A stretch of DNA of 51,433 nt from Anaerolineales bacterium (GTDB lineage: Bacteria; Chloroflexota; Anaerolineae; UBA1429). Both the position numbers and the translations under genes were made by a program. Location: contig JBDKSN010000049.1 in NCBI GenBank assembly GCA_039680625.1, forward strand, positions 1-51,433. The letters run 5' to 3'. The notes under the pieces are model-generated. The model was not told where the DNA came from. It did no database searches and worked only from the letters and a program-made list of their open reading frames with translations. Shown here piece after piece: positions 10,172 to 19,032 of the stretch; within the stretch, counting starts at the first letter, position 1; each line of letters opens with the position of its first letter.

Positions 10172-11366
10172 CCGGTTTACGCAGATACTCACTGGCGCCC
10201 AGCGACAGTGCCAGGTCCTCTTGGGTCAGGATGCTACACACCAACACGGGCGCGTCCATCGTCAACGGGTGTTGCCGCAGCTGTGCAAGCAGCTCCCAGC
10301 CGTCGACATGGGGCATCAATACGTCTAGTACGATGATGTGCGGTCGAGTCTCCGCAGCGAGATCTAGCGCCTGGGACAGGGTCGAGGCGGCCATGATGCG
10401 GAACGAGGTGCCCACGGTATAGCGTCGCAGTAAGCGCAGGGTGTCTTCGTTATCGTCGATCACGAGCACGGGCACGTCTTGCGGCAGAGTCAGCAGAATG
10501 CGAGCGCGGAATGAACAGGCATCGAGAGTGGCCTCGACCGTGCCCTCGCATCGGCTGGCGATCTGGCGCGTCATCTGCAGCGTGTCTTCGAAATCCTGCC
10601 GATCGTCTGCAGACAGCTCTCCGCAGCAAGCCTCGACCTCTATCCCTACCACATCGTCGCCTCGGCGCAGCCTGATTTTCACCGGGCTGGTGATGGCATG
10701 GCGAATAGCCACGGTGAGCAACTCCAAGACCATCTGGCGTACCGCCACAGCCTGGATCGCCACCCGAGTGGTCTGTGGGGCATCGAGCTCTACAGCGATC
10801 TGGCGCGCTGCAGCGAGAGGCTGGGTGACCTTGATCACTTGAACCAACGCATCGGCAAGATTCACTTCGGATCTTGTCGCCTGGTCGTCCAGCCAGGCCA
10901 GGTCTCTTCGGCCTAGAGCAGCGTCTGCGGGCGGTGCGGTGGTGGTTACTGCCGCGATGCCTTCCTCAGCGGCAGTGTTGCCCAGGCGTGGGCGTAACGC
11001 TTGGGCCAGCATTTCGGCCGCTCGCCTCTCCTCGCGTCGTAGGTGGCGCACGCTCAGGCCGAGCTGCTTGGCGACCTCGGCCTGCCCCACCTGCTGGAGA
11101 AAGCGATACTCGAGAATCTCATATACACGCCAGGCGCCCGCATCGGCGGGCACCGTCTCATCGGGGCGCAGTGACTGGATCGCCTCGGTGATGATCTGCC
11201 TCAGCTCCGAGACCGCGCGCGGCGCGTCGGACAGCCCAAGCACTTGCACCAAGAGGTTGCCACGGAGCGCCTGGGTGTCATAGAGCTGGTGCAAAGCCGC
11301 TTGCACGGCATCGATGATCTCTTCGTCGGAAAGCATGTCCCCTCTGTGGCCTGCTACTGTCCTCAT
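10095..11366 (-). CDS. response-regulator-type protein: sigma70-region-4-like HTH, degenerate HATPase-like domain, receiver
   Basis: The C-terminal receiver reads VLVIDDNEDTLRLL...IIVLDVLMPHVDGWE...VLVCSIL...YLRKPV. The N-terminal LEYRFLQQVGQAEVAKQLGLSVRHLRREERRAAEML resembles sigma-70 region 4. The middle domain resembles HATPase_c but lacks the N-box Asn and the G-boxes. The start (11366 vs 11336) is uncertain. Confidence 0.7.
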   Translation of the reverse strand: MRTVAGHRGDMLSDEEIIDAVQAALHQLYDTQALRGNLLVQVLGLSDAPRAVSELRQIITEAIQSLRPDETVPADAGAWRVYEILEYRFLQQVGQAEVAKQLGLSVRHLRREERRAAEMLAQALRPRLGNTAAEEGIAAVTTTAPPADAALGRRDLAWLDDQATRSEVNLADALVQVIKVTQPLAAARQIAVELDAPQTTRVAIQAVAVRQMVLELLTVAIRHAITSPVKIRLRRGDDVVGIEVEACCGELSADDRQDFEDTLQMTRQIASRCEGTVEATLDACSFRARILLTLPQDVPVLVIDDNEDTLRLLRRYTVGTSFRIMAASTLSQALDLAAETRPHIIVLDVLMPHVDGWELLAQLRQHPLTMDAPVLVCSILTQEDLALSLGASEYLRKPVTRQAFLQALERHRHRGAPVLPPAS

Positions 11367-11532
11367 AGATCAGACCAACTCGACTCCTCATATAGTACTA
11401 TTGTAGTTGAGGCTAGATAAACGCCCAACCTGGATGTGAATCAGAGTGGCGCTTGCAGCGGCTCCTTGTGTTGTTCTGGCTCCGTTCGGCCCTCAGCACT
11501 CTGCATAGGCGAGTGTTATCTCGTTGGGATTG

Positions 11533-11552
11533 GGATCTCGCAGGAGAGATCC
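11533..11552 (+). promoter_or_regulatory. 7-bp hairpin just upstream of the RBS of the first RraA paralog
   Basis: GGATCTC-gcagga-GAGATCC, followed about 10 nt later by AAAGGAGAG and the ATG at 11579. Confidence 0.25.
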
Positions 11553-11578
11553 TGGCGAACATAGAAAGGAGAGTCGGA

Positions 11579-11661
11579 ATGAACGTCATCGATCGGTTCA
11601 AGTATCTCCGGGTCACCGATGTGGTAGACGCGATGGATGGCATCGGCTACTTTGACATCGG
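11579..11661 (+). repeat. 83-nt tract 100% identical to 12361-12443 (5' ends of the tandem RraA paralogs)
   Basis: Direct base-by-base comparison. A second identical tract of ~50 nt is 11720-11769 vs 12502-12551. Confidence 0.9.
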
Positions 11662-12301
11662 ACTCATGGACCCAGCGGTTAGGCCCCTGTGGTTGGGCAT
11701 GAAGTTCTGGGGCCCGGCGGTCACCGTGCGCTGCGTCCCCTCCAACCGCCCCATGTGGAAGCTCGACACTACCCAAGACATCGTTGAGGACCATCGTCAT
11801 TGGTACACCAAGTACCCCCCCAAGTTCAACCTCAATGACTATATCAAGCCAGGCTGTGTGATCGTCATGGATACGGGCGGGTCGAAAGAGGTGGGTTATT
11901 GGGGCTCCAACAACTCGATGGACGTGGTGGCGCGGGGCGCTGTGGGCATCGTCACCGATGGTTGTTGCCGCGATACCTATGAGGTAGCGCTGCAAAAGAC
12001 CCCCGTGTGCTGCCGCATGCGCGGTCGGCCCATCATCCCTGGCCGGATCATGGAGGTCGAGTGCAACACCACCATTGCCTGTGGTGGGGCGCAGGTCAAC
12101 CCGGGCGACATCGTGGGTTGCGATGACGATGGCGTAGTGGTGGTACCGCAAGACGTCGCTGAAGAGGTGGCCATTCACGCCGCCGCTGTGCTGTTGGCCG
12201 ACATGAAGGGCCGCCGCCGACTCTATGAGCGGCTCGGCCTGCCGTACGACGAGACCGTGGACGTCGAAAAGGTCGAAGCATACTACGCTCAGTTCAAGTA
12301 G
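11579..12301 (+). CDS. RraA-family protein (class II aldolase/decarboxylase-like), paralog A
   Basis: GGSKEVGYWGSNNSMDVVARGAVGIVTDGCCRD and GDIVGCDDDGVVVVPQ match the RraA/HMG-aldolase fold. The start at 11579 is supported by identity with paralog B, which begins at the same MNVIDRFKYL. Confidence 0.75.
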   Translation: MNVIDRFKYLRVTDVVDAMDGIGYFDIGLMDPAVRPLWLGMKFWGPAVTVRCVPSNRPMWKLDTTQDIVEDHRHWYTKYPPKFNLNDYIKPGCVIVMDTGGSKEVGYWGSNNSMDVVARGAVGIVTDGCCRDTYEVALQKTPVCCRMRGRPIIPGRIMEVECNTTIACGGAQVNPGDIVGCDDDGVVVVPQDVAEEVAIHAAAVLLADMKGRRRLYERLGLPYDETVDVEKVEAYYAQFK

Positions 12302-12318
12302 GACAACACCAAACCGTA

Positions 12319-12340
12319 GGAGAGGCTTCCTCGCCTCTCC
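12319..12340 (+). promoter_or_regulatory. intercistronic GC-rich hairpin between the RraA paralogs
   Basis: GGAGAGGC-ttcctc-GCCTCTCC (8-bp stem) in the 59-nt spacer. Confidence 0.3.
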
Positions 12341-12360
12341 CAACGGCTCTTAGGAGAGCG

Positions 12361-12443
12361 ATGAACGTCATCGATCGGTTCAAGTATCTCCGGGTCACCG
12401 ATGTGGTAGACGCGATGGATGGCATCGGCTACTTTGACATCGG
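12361..12443 (+). repeat. 83-nt tract identical to 11579-11661
   Basis: Direct comparison; see the partner entry at 11579-11661. Confidence 0.9.
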
Positions 12444-13083
12444 CCTCATGGACCCAGCAGTCAGACCCTTATGGCTGGGGATGAAGTTCTGGGGTCCAGC
12501 CGTCACCGTGCGCTGCGTCCCCTCCAACCGCCCCATGTGGAAGCTCGACACCACAGAGGATATCGTGGCTGACCACGCCCGTTGGTACGCCAAGTATCCC
12601 AACCCCGTGCATCTGGGCGAGCTGGTGACGCCTGGCTGTGTCATTGTCATGGACACGGGCGGGGCCAAAGAAGTGGGCTACTGGGGGTCGAACAACTCGC
12701 TAGGCATGATCGCGCGCGGTGCCGTGGGCATCGTCACCGATGGCGAGTGCCGCGACACCTATGAGGTGTGTCTGCAAAAGACGCCAGTATGTTGTCGACG
12801 TCGTGGGCGCCCCATCATCCCCGGGCGCATCATGGCGGTAGAGGCCAACACGACCATCGCTTGCGGCGGTGTGCAAGTGAACCCAGGTGACATCGTCGGC
12901 TGTGATGATGACGGAGTGGTGGTCGTGCCGCAAGACGTGGCCGAAGAGGTGGCCAAACATGCGGCCGCGGTATTGCTGGCCGACATGAAGGGCCGACGTC
13001 GGCTGTATGAGCGGCTCGGCATGCCGTATGACGAAACCGTTGATGTAGACAAGGTCGCGGCCTACTACGCCCAGTTTGCCTAG
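12361..13083 (+). CDS. RraA-family protein, paralog B (same 240-aa length as A)
   Basis: The first 65 aa are identical to paralog A. Contains GGAKEVGYWGSNNSLGMIARGAVGIVTDGECRD and GDIVGCDDDGVVVVPQ. Confidence 0.75.
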   Translation: MNVIDRFKYLRVTDVVDAMDGIGYFDIGLMDPAVRPLWLGMKFWGPAVTVRCVPSNRPMWKLDTTEDIVADHARWYAKYPNPVHLGELVTPGCVIVMDTGGAKEVGYWGSNNSLGMIARGAVGIVTDGECRDTYEVCLQKTPVCCRRRGRPIIPGRIMAVEANTTIACGGVQVNPGDIVGCDDDGVVVVPQDVAEEVAKHAAAVLLADMKGRRRLYERLGMPYDETVDVDKVAAYYAQFA

Positions 13084-13220
13084 CAAGTGGCCATGCGGGA
13101 TGCACCGCCATGGAGTGGGCATAGCGCCGGATCGAAGGGTTGAAAGGAGGAGTAGGAAGACGCGTTGCTGATCTGGTGGGAATGTCGTCGGTCAGCGTTG
13201 TTGTGTCAAAGGAGATGAGC

Positions 13221-14681
13221 ATGTTGGCCAAAAAGATCTCTCGCCGCAGTTTACTCAGGGCTTCCGGACTGGGCATCGGAGCCGCCATCCTTGCGGCATG
13301 TCAGCCCAAAGTGGTGGAAGTCGAAAAGGTCGTCACCCAGATTGTCAAGGAAGAGGTGGTCGTTGAGGGCACGCCCAAGGTCGTGGAAAAAGTGGTAGAG
13401 GCCACGCCCAAAGAGCGCGTCGAGATCAACTTTGCCACCCCGGGCGGCCTGGGCCTTGAACGCACCATGTACCAGAACTTTGTCTATGCGTTCATGGAAC
13501 AGAACCCCGATATCAAGGTGAACGTCAGTTTCGAGTCGTGGAACGACTATATGACCAAGCTGCCCACCATTCTAGCGGCTGGCATGCCCCCCGACGTATG
13601 CCATGCACACTGGACCATCGCGATGGACTATATCTGCAATGGGGCATTCATCGACCACATGCCCTACATGGAGCGCGATGGCATCAAGCGCGAGGATTTC
13701 ATCGTCGAGCTGATGGACGAGTTTGCCCATGGGGGTAAGCAGTATCTGATCCCCAAAGACAGCGCTCTCTATGGCTGCTACTATAACATGGACATGTTCG
13801 ACCAGTGGGGCGTAGAGTATCCCGCGCTGGACTGGACCATCGACGACTTTATTGAGAAGGCCACGCTCTTGACTCGAGACGATCAGGGCCGGCCGGCCAA
13901 CGATCCGAACTTTGATAAGACCAAGATCGTCCAGTTCGGCTGCGCCTTCATCGACCCGACCTTCGCGGGGGATATCCCGGCAGGCTTTACCAACGCGCTG
14001 GGCGCGCACTGGTTCTCTGAAGACCTGCTGACGAACAATTTCGATGATCCCGCGATCATCCAGTACTGGGAGTATACCCGTCAGTGGCGCTGCGTCACGA
14101 ACTTTATGCCCACGCCAGCCCAGGTGGTTGGCCAGGGTGACCTCTGGCGCAATGCTCGATTGGTGGCTATGAAGTTCGACCATCAGCAGAACACCTTCTT
14201 CGCCAAGCAGGAAGCGGTGCAGTTCAAGTACGACGTCACACCGCTGCCCGCTGGACCCAAGGGCCAGTACTCGCCGGCAGCTTGCTCGGCCTTTGGCGTA
14301 ACGGCCAAGGCGCCCCACAAGGAAGAGGGTTGGGAGCTGGTCAAGTTCTTGACCAGTGAAGAGACCCAACGATGGATCGGCGAGCAAAAGCGTTGGAGCG
14401 TGAACCGCCCCAACATCATGGACTCGATCATGCCGACAGACGGTATCCCCGCGCACTACAAAGAGGTGCATGTCGACCCGTGGTCTACGGGCTACACCGG
14501 CAACCTGAAGCGCATCGCCATGAAATCCCCGGTGGGCATGGCCAAGCTCAAGACGTTGTACCAGACCTATCTGGACCCGATCTTGACGTGCAACTCTGAG
14601 GATGTCGCAGGCGCTGCCAAGAACATGAAGGTCGAGGGCGACAAGGCGATGGCCGAGTCTCTGGCTACGTGCACGTGGTAA
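13221..14681 (+). CDS. ABC transporter solute-binding lipoprotein (family 1, CUT1 sugar type)
   Basis: Tat-like signal plus lipobox in MLAKKISRRSLLRASGLGIGAAILAAC, followed by a KVVE-rich linker and a family-1 SBP body. AAAGGAG lies 6 nt upstream of the ATG at 13221. Confidence 0.8.
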   Translation: MLAKKISRRSLLRASGLGIGAAILAACQPKVVEVEKVVTQIVKEEVVVEGTPKVVEKVVEATPKERVEINFATPGGLGLERTMYQNFVYAFMEQNPDIKVNVSFESWNDYMTKLPTILAAGMPPDVCHAHWTIAMDYICNGAFIDHMPYMERDGIKREDFIVELMDEFAHGGKQYLIPKDSALYGCYYNMDMFDQWGVEYPALDWTIDDFIEKATLLTRDDQGRPANDPNFDKTKIVQFGCAFIDPTFAGDIPAGFTNALGAHWFSEDLLTNNFDDPAIIQYWEYTRQWRCVTNFMPTPAQVVGQGDLWRNARLVAMKFDHQQNTFFAKQEAVQFKYDVTPLPAGPKGQYSPAACSAFGVTAKAPHKEEGWELVKFLTSEETQRWIGEQKRWSVNRPNIMDSIMPTDGIPAHYKEVHVDPWSTGYTGNLKRIAMKSPVGMAKLKTLYQTYLDPILTCNSEDVAGAAKNMKVEGDKAMAESLATCTW

Positions 14682-14735
14682 ATACCTGACGACGTGGCTG
14701 AGCGCCAATGCGCACGTCCGCGTGAATCTGGCTAG

Positions 14736-14769
14736 GCTGCTCTGCCCTACGGTTTTGGGGCAGAGCAGC
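14736..14769 (+). promoter_or_regulatory. strong hairpin after the SBP gene (partial terminator or mRNA stabiliser)
   Basis: GCTGCTCTGCCC pairs with GGGCAGAGCAGC (12 bp plus one G-U wobble, 8-nt loop). There is no trailing T-tract. Confidence 0.4.
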
Positions 14770-14847
14770 ATCTAAGTGGCATCGTTGACCCATCAGCGGC
14801 GTGCGTGGGCTAGGGCAGCACCGTCAGCGTTTGGAGGTGATGATAAC

Positions 14848-15795
14848 GTGTCCACTCTATCCAGTGCGCCCGCAGCCGGAGCGCCCGCGAGTGTGCCGGG
14901 CAGGAAGCGAGCCTCCAGGCTTGCCCGGCTCGAGGCGAGAGACGGCTACCTGTTCATCTCGCCGTGGCTGTTGGGCTTTGTCGTCTTTACGGCTGGCCCG
15001 ATGCTGGCATCGGCTGTGTTCGCGTTCATGCGCTACAATCTGTTCACGCCCCCGACCTGGATCGGGCTGGCCAATTTCAAGCAGATGTTCGCTGACAAGT
15101 TGGTGTGGCTTTCGCTATACAACACGGCCTACTACACCTTTATCAGCGTGCCCCTGCGTCTGGCTGCGTCATTGCTCTTGGCACTACTGTGTGTGCAAAG
15201 CCTGCGTGGTACGGCACTGTTCCGCACCTTCTTCTACTTGCCATCCGTTACGCCGGCCGTGGCCATGTCCATCGTCTGGTTCTGGATCCTGAACCCCGAC
15301 GTTGGCCTTGCCAACACCATCTTGAGAGCTCTTGGCCTGCCGCCCTCGAACTTTATCTGGGACCCCAGAAGCTCCAAGCCCACCTTCATTCTTATGCAGA
15401 TGTGGAGCGCCGGCGGCAATACCATGGTGATCTTCCTGGCGGGCTTGCAGAATATCCCCCAGTCGCTCTATGAGGCGGCGCAGATCGATGGCGCCAGCGG
15501 CTGGCAGCAATTCAAGAGCGTGACCATCCCGATGCTCTCCCCGGTCATCCTGTTCAACCTGGTGATGGGCATCGTCGGCTCGTTCCAGGTGTTCACGAAC
15601 GCCTTCCTCATGACCGCTGGAGGGCCGGCGAACTCGACTCTCTTCTCTGTGCTCTACATGTACCGACTAGCCTTTGAGCAATTCGAGATGGGCTATGCTT
15701 CGGCTTTTGCCTGGTTGCTGTTCGTGGTCATCTTGATCTTTACGATACTGCAGATGCGTCTGTCCGAGTCATGGGTCTATTACGAAGGAGGGTGA
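14848..15795 (+). CDS. carbohydrate ABC transporter permease (MalF-like)
   Basis: Six-TM pattern and EAA-like loop SLYEAAQIDGASGWQQFKSVTIP. The GTG at 14848 has GGAGGTGA upstream. Confidence 0.8.
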   Translation: MSTLSSAPAAGAPASVPGRKRASRLARLEARDGYLFISPWLLGFVVFTAGPMLASAVFAFMRYNLFTPPTWIGLANFKQMFADKLVWLSLYNTAYYTFISVPLRLAASLLLALLCVQSLRGTALFRTFFYLPSVTPAVAMSIVWFWILNPDVGLANTILRALGLPPSNFIWDPRSSKPTFILMQMWSAGGNTMVIFLAGLQNIPQSLYEAAQIDGASGWQQFKSVTIPMLSPVILFNLVMGIVGSFQVFTNAFLMTAGGPANSTLFSVLYMYRLAFEQFEMGYASAFAWLLFVVILIFTILQMRLSESWVYYEGG

Positions 15796-15800
15796 TCGTG

Positions 15801-16700
15801 ATGACAACAGCAACGAGATCCCGGCAGGCAGGCGCCATCGACCAGACTCCGCGAGCGCATCGCAAGCCAACGATGTACTATGTCAAACAGGTCTTGCTCT
15901 ATGTCGTCATGATCGGGCTGAGCATCGTTTTCATGATTCCGATGGTTTGGATGCTCTCCACCTCGCTCAAGCTGCAAGGGCAAGTGTTCGCCAACCCGCC
16001 GATCTGGATACCGAAACCGATCGTATGGTACAACTATATCGAGGTGCTGCAGATCGCGCCCATCCTGCGCTGGCTCGCTAACACTTGCATTGTGACTGTG
16101 GCCGCCACCCTCGGCACGATCGTCTCCTCCTCGATGGTCGGCTTTGGCTTTGCGCGCTTGCGCTTTCCAGGGCGCGACGTGCTGTTCGGTTTGTTGCTGG
16201 CGACCATGATGCTGCCAGGGGTGGTCACGCAGATCCCCACGTTCATCATGTTCAAGACTCTCAATTGGCTTGATACCTTCTTGCCGCTGATCGTGCCGTC
16301 TTTCTTTGGCGGTGGGGCCTATAACGTCTTTCTGGTGCGCCAGTTTTATCTCACCATCCCGACCGACTTTGACGATGCCGCCCGCATCGATGGCGCCAGT
16401 AACTGGGGTATCTGGGCACGCATCATGCTGCCGCTCAATATCCCCGTGCTGACGTCGGTGGCCATCTTTTCGTTTGTCGGGCACTGGAACGAGTTCATGG
16501 GGCCACTGATCTACCTCTTTAGCGAGGAGAAAAAGACGCTGGCACTCGGTCTGCGCGCATTTGTGGACCCCTATCTGGCGTCGTACCATCTGAACATGGC
16601 CGGCGCCATGTATCTGACACTGCCGATGGTCATTATCTTCTTCTTTGGCCAGCGCTACTTCTTGAAGGGCGTGGTGATGACCGGTATCACGGGCCGGTAG
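15801..16700 (+). CDS. carbohydrate ABC transporter permease (MalG-like)
   Basis: EAA loop DFDDAARIDGASNWGIWARIMLP. GAAGGAGGG lies 8 nt upstream of the ATG at 15801. Confidence 0.8.
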   Translation: MTTATRSRQAGAIDQTPRAHRKPTMYYVKQVLLYVVMIGLSIVFMIPMVWMLSTSLKLQGQVFANPPIWIPKPIVWYNYIEVLQIAPILRWLANTCIVTVAATLGTIVSSSMVGFGFARLRFPGRDVLFGLLLATMMLPGVVTQIPTFIMFKTLNWLDTFLPLIVPSFFGGGAYNVFLVRQFYLTIPTDFDDAARIDGASNWGIWARIMLPLNIPVLTSVAIFSFVGHWNEFMGPLIYLFSEEKKTLALGLRAFVDPYLASYHLNMAGAMYLTLPMVIIFFFGQRYFLKGVVMTGITGR

Positions 16701-16730
16701 GTATCTGCGATGATGCGCCGGATATTGTAA

Positions 16731-18536
16731 GTGGCGATGATGCTGGACAAAGTGAGGAGGGACCGACAAGACGTGGTAACGCGGGAGTATCACGTTTGGG
16801 AAAAGGTTGAGATCACTCTCACGGCCGCTGGCGAGTATGCAAATCCCTATACCGATAACGAGGTATGGGTCGACCTGCGTGGCCCAGACTTTGAGCGCCG
16901 CGTGTATGGTTTCTGGGATGGTGGGCACACCTATCGGGTGCGCGTTGTGGCGACCGCGCCAGGCGAGTGGACGTGGGTCAGTGGTGCCTCGCACCCCGAC
17001 GCAGGCCTGAACGGCCAGAGTGGTAGCTATGTGGCCATCGCTTGGACCCAAGATGAGCTCGCAGCCAATGCGTGTCGGCGTGGGTTTCTGTGCACTACGG
17101 CCAATGGGCATGGTCTCGAATATGCTGACGGCACGGCCTGTTTCCTGGTTGGTGACACCTGGTGGGCCGCGCCTACCCATCGCTTTCACTGGTACGAGGA
17201 TGATATCGAACGCCCGCTTGGCCCGGAGATGGGGTTCAAAGACATGGTGCGCTTTCGCCAAGCGCAGGGCTACAACTGCGTCGCCATGATTGCCGCCTTT
17301 CCGAACTGGGCGAACGATGGCTATCCGGCCAACATCACGCTTGCCGATGGCACTTTTGTTCGCTCCGCATGGCGACAGGCTGGCACCAACAGTGCCAAAG
17401 ACATGCACAACGAGGGAGGTAGGCCGTTTTGCTTTCCGGGGCGTGTCCCCGGATGTGAGGATATCTATCCTGATGTCGACCGCATCAACCCGGCCTACTT
17501 TCAAGCCATGGACCGCAAAGTCGACTACCTCAATGCCCAGGGGTTTGTCCCTTTTATCGAGGCGGCGCGTCGCGATGGCATGAATCTCTGGCAAACCTAC
17601 TATGATTGGCCAGAGACATATACCCGCTATCTTGCGTACTTGTTCGCCCGCTATCAGGCTAACAACGTCATCCTGAGTCCCATACACTTTGATTCGGGAC
17701 ATGCCACCATCTCTTCGCGCGACTTTAACGCTCCAGCAAACGCCCTAGTCGCAAAGGGCATTCCTGCCTTTGGGACGCTGCTTTCCTGCAATGCCGCCGG
17801 ATCGAGTCTGAGCAACTTTGGCAACTCAGACGAGGCACCGTGGTTGACGCTGCACCAAATTGGCAATCGGCGCCATCACAACAGTCACTGGTTCTTGACA
17901 GAGATCTATCATGAATCAGTACCGCCCAAGCCCGGCCTCAATGGAGAGCCATTCTACGATGCGCTCAGTGCTCCCTATGACGTGGGCTGGCCGCCCGGAC
18001 TCATTCCAGGGACGGCAGAGTCCGCGCGATATTGCCGTTCGGGCCACTATGGCAGCTTTCTGTCGGGTGGGTTGGCCGGCGAGATCTATGGTGCCGGTGG
18101 GCTCTGGGGCGGCGACATTGAGCCTGAAGCACCCTATCGGATGTGGGAGAGTCTCACCTGGCCATCCGGTGCGGAGATGGCGTATTTCCGCGACTTTGTT
18201 TGGTCGGAGGGCCGGCGTTTTCAAGAGCTAGTCCCGAATGCTGAGCTGGTGGAGCCCAACCGCACCCACCAGCTGGAAGGTAATGTGGGTTGGGCCTATT
18301 GTGCTCGCACCAGTGGTCGCGACTTGTTCATGGTCTATTTTGAGCTAGGTTGCCCAGCAGTCCGGTTGCGCGGTGCTGCTCACTTGGGGCACTATCGTGC
18401 TCAATGGTTCGATCCACGTCATGGCGTCTGGAGTGAGCCATTCGAGTTGCACGCCAGTGCCGAATGCGAAATCGCGCTGCCGGCCAAACCCAGTGATGAC
18501 GATTGGGCGCTCAAGCTGTGTCTGGTTTGTTGCTAG
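16731..18536 (+). CDS. DUF5060 + DUF4038 protein (GH140-like putative glycoside hydrolase), no signal peptide
   Basis: The N-terminus reads HVWEKVEITLTA...YANPYTD.EVWVDL.GPD...RVYGFWDGG..YRVR (DUF5060-like beta-sandwich). It is followed by FLVGDTWWAAPTHRF, as in the DUF4038/GH140 family. Confidence 0.6.
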   Translation: MAMMLDKVRRDRQDVVTREYHVWEKVEITLTAAGEYANPYTDNEVWVDLRGPDFERRVYGFWDGGHTYRVRVVATAPGEWTWVSGASHPDAGLNGQSGSYVAIAWTQDELAANACRRGFLCTTANGHGLEYADGTACFLVGDTWWAAPTHRFHWYEDDIERPLGPEMGFKDMVRFRQAQGYNCVAMIAAFPNWANDGYPANITLADGTFVRSAWRQAGTNSAKDMHNEGGRPFCFPGRVPGCEDIYPDVDRINPAYFQAMDRKVDYLNAQGFVPFIEAARRDGMNLWQTYYDWPETYTRYLAYLFARYQANNVILSPIHFDSGHATISSRDFNAPANALVAKGIPAFGTLLSCNAAGSSLSNFGNSDEAPWLTLHQIGNRRHHNSHWFLTEIYHESVPPKPGLNGEPFYDALSAPYDVGWPPGLIPGTAESARYCRSGHYGSFLSGGLAGEIYGAGGLWGGDIEPEAPYRMWESLTWPSGAEMAYFRDFVWSEGRRFQELVPNAELVEPNRTHQLEGNVGWAYCARTSGRDLFMVYFELGCPAVRLRGAAHLGHYRAQWFDPRHGVWSEPFELHASAECEIALPAKPSDDDWALKLCLVCC

Positions 18537-18587
18537 AGATCCATTGGGAGTAAGTCAGTTCATCAGATCCAGTAAAGGAGGCAGGAG

Positions 18588-19028
18588 ATGCGAACGATCA
18601 AGCTGATTGCGCTGATATTGCTTCTCAGCCTGGGGCTGATCTCCTGCAAGAGCCAGGAGTTGCCCGCTGGATGCCCGCCTTCCTGTGCGGGGCTCTATCT
18701 CTACCAGTACAAACTGAACGGCGCCAATCTGGCCGGTGCCGACTTGAGCAAGGCTGACCTAACCCGGGCCACGCTAGTCGGCGCGAATCTCAGCGGCGCC
18801 AACCTGCGGGGGGCGATCCTGCCCTATAGCGATCTCGAGGGCGCCAATCTCACCAACGCCGATCTTGCCGGTGCAGACTTGAGGTTTGCCAAACTCAAGA
18901 AGGCCGACCTCACCGGTGCGAATCTTGAGGGCGCCAACTTGCTTAGCGCCACCTATCAGAAGTCGACCAAGTGGCCTGAAGGGTTTGATGCTCGTGCTGC
19001 CGGTGCAGTGCTAGAGCCTACCGACTGA
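18588..19028 (+). CDS. pentapeptide-repeat lipoprotein
   Basis: Signal peptide with lipobox MRTIKLIALILLLSLGLISC. About 17 consecutive A(D/N)LxG-type pentapeptides follow (GANLAGADLSKADLTRATLVGANLSGANLRGA...). A strong AAAGGAGG RBS is present. Confidence 0.85.
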   Translation: MRTIKLIALILLLSLGLISCKSQELPAGCPPSCAGLYLYQYKLNGANLAGADLSKADLTRATLVGANLSGANLRGAILPYSDLEGANLTNADLAGADLRFAKLKKADLTGANLEGANLLSATYQKSTKWPEGFDARAAGAVLEPTD

Positions 19029-19032
19029 CCGG

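Noticed and set aside
13572-14771. A 399-aa minus-strand ORF. Similar long shadow ORFs occur at 6784-7875, 23427-24458, 33387-34361, 35960-36829, 49646-50551, 21609-22469 and 11516-12343.
   Set aside because: All are antisense or out of frame relative to genes with clear family motifs. None shows a motif, an RBS or sensible composition.
15780-17702. A 640-aa ORF on the minus strand.
   Set aside because: It lies entirely antisense to two well-supported plus-strand genes (the MalG-like permease and the DUF4038 protein). It is R/H/G/D-rich, with no recognisable motif and no RBS. This is the typical stop-codon-poor shadow frame of a high-GC genome.
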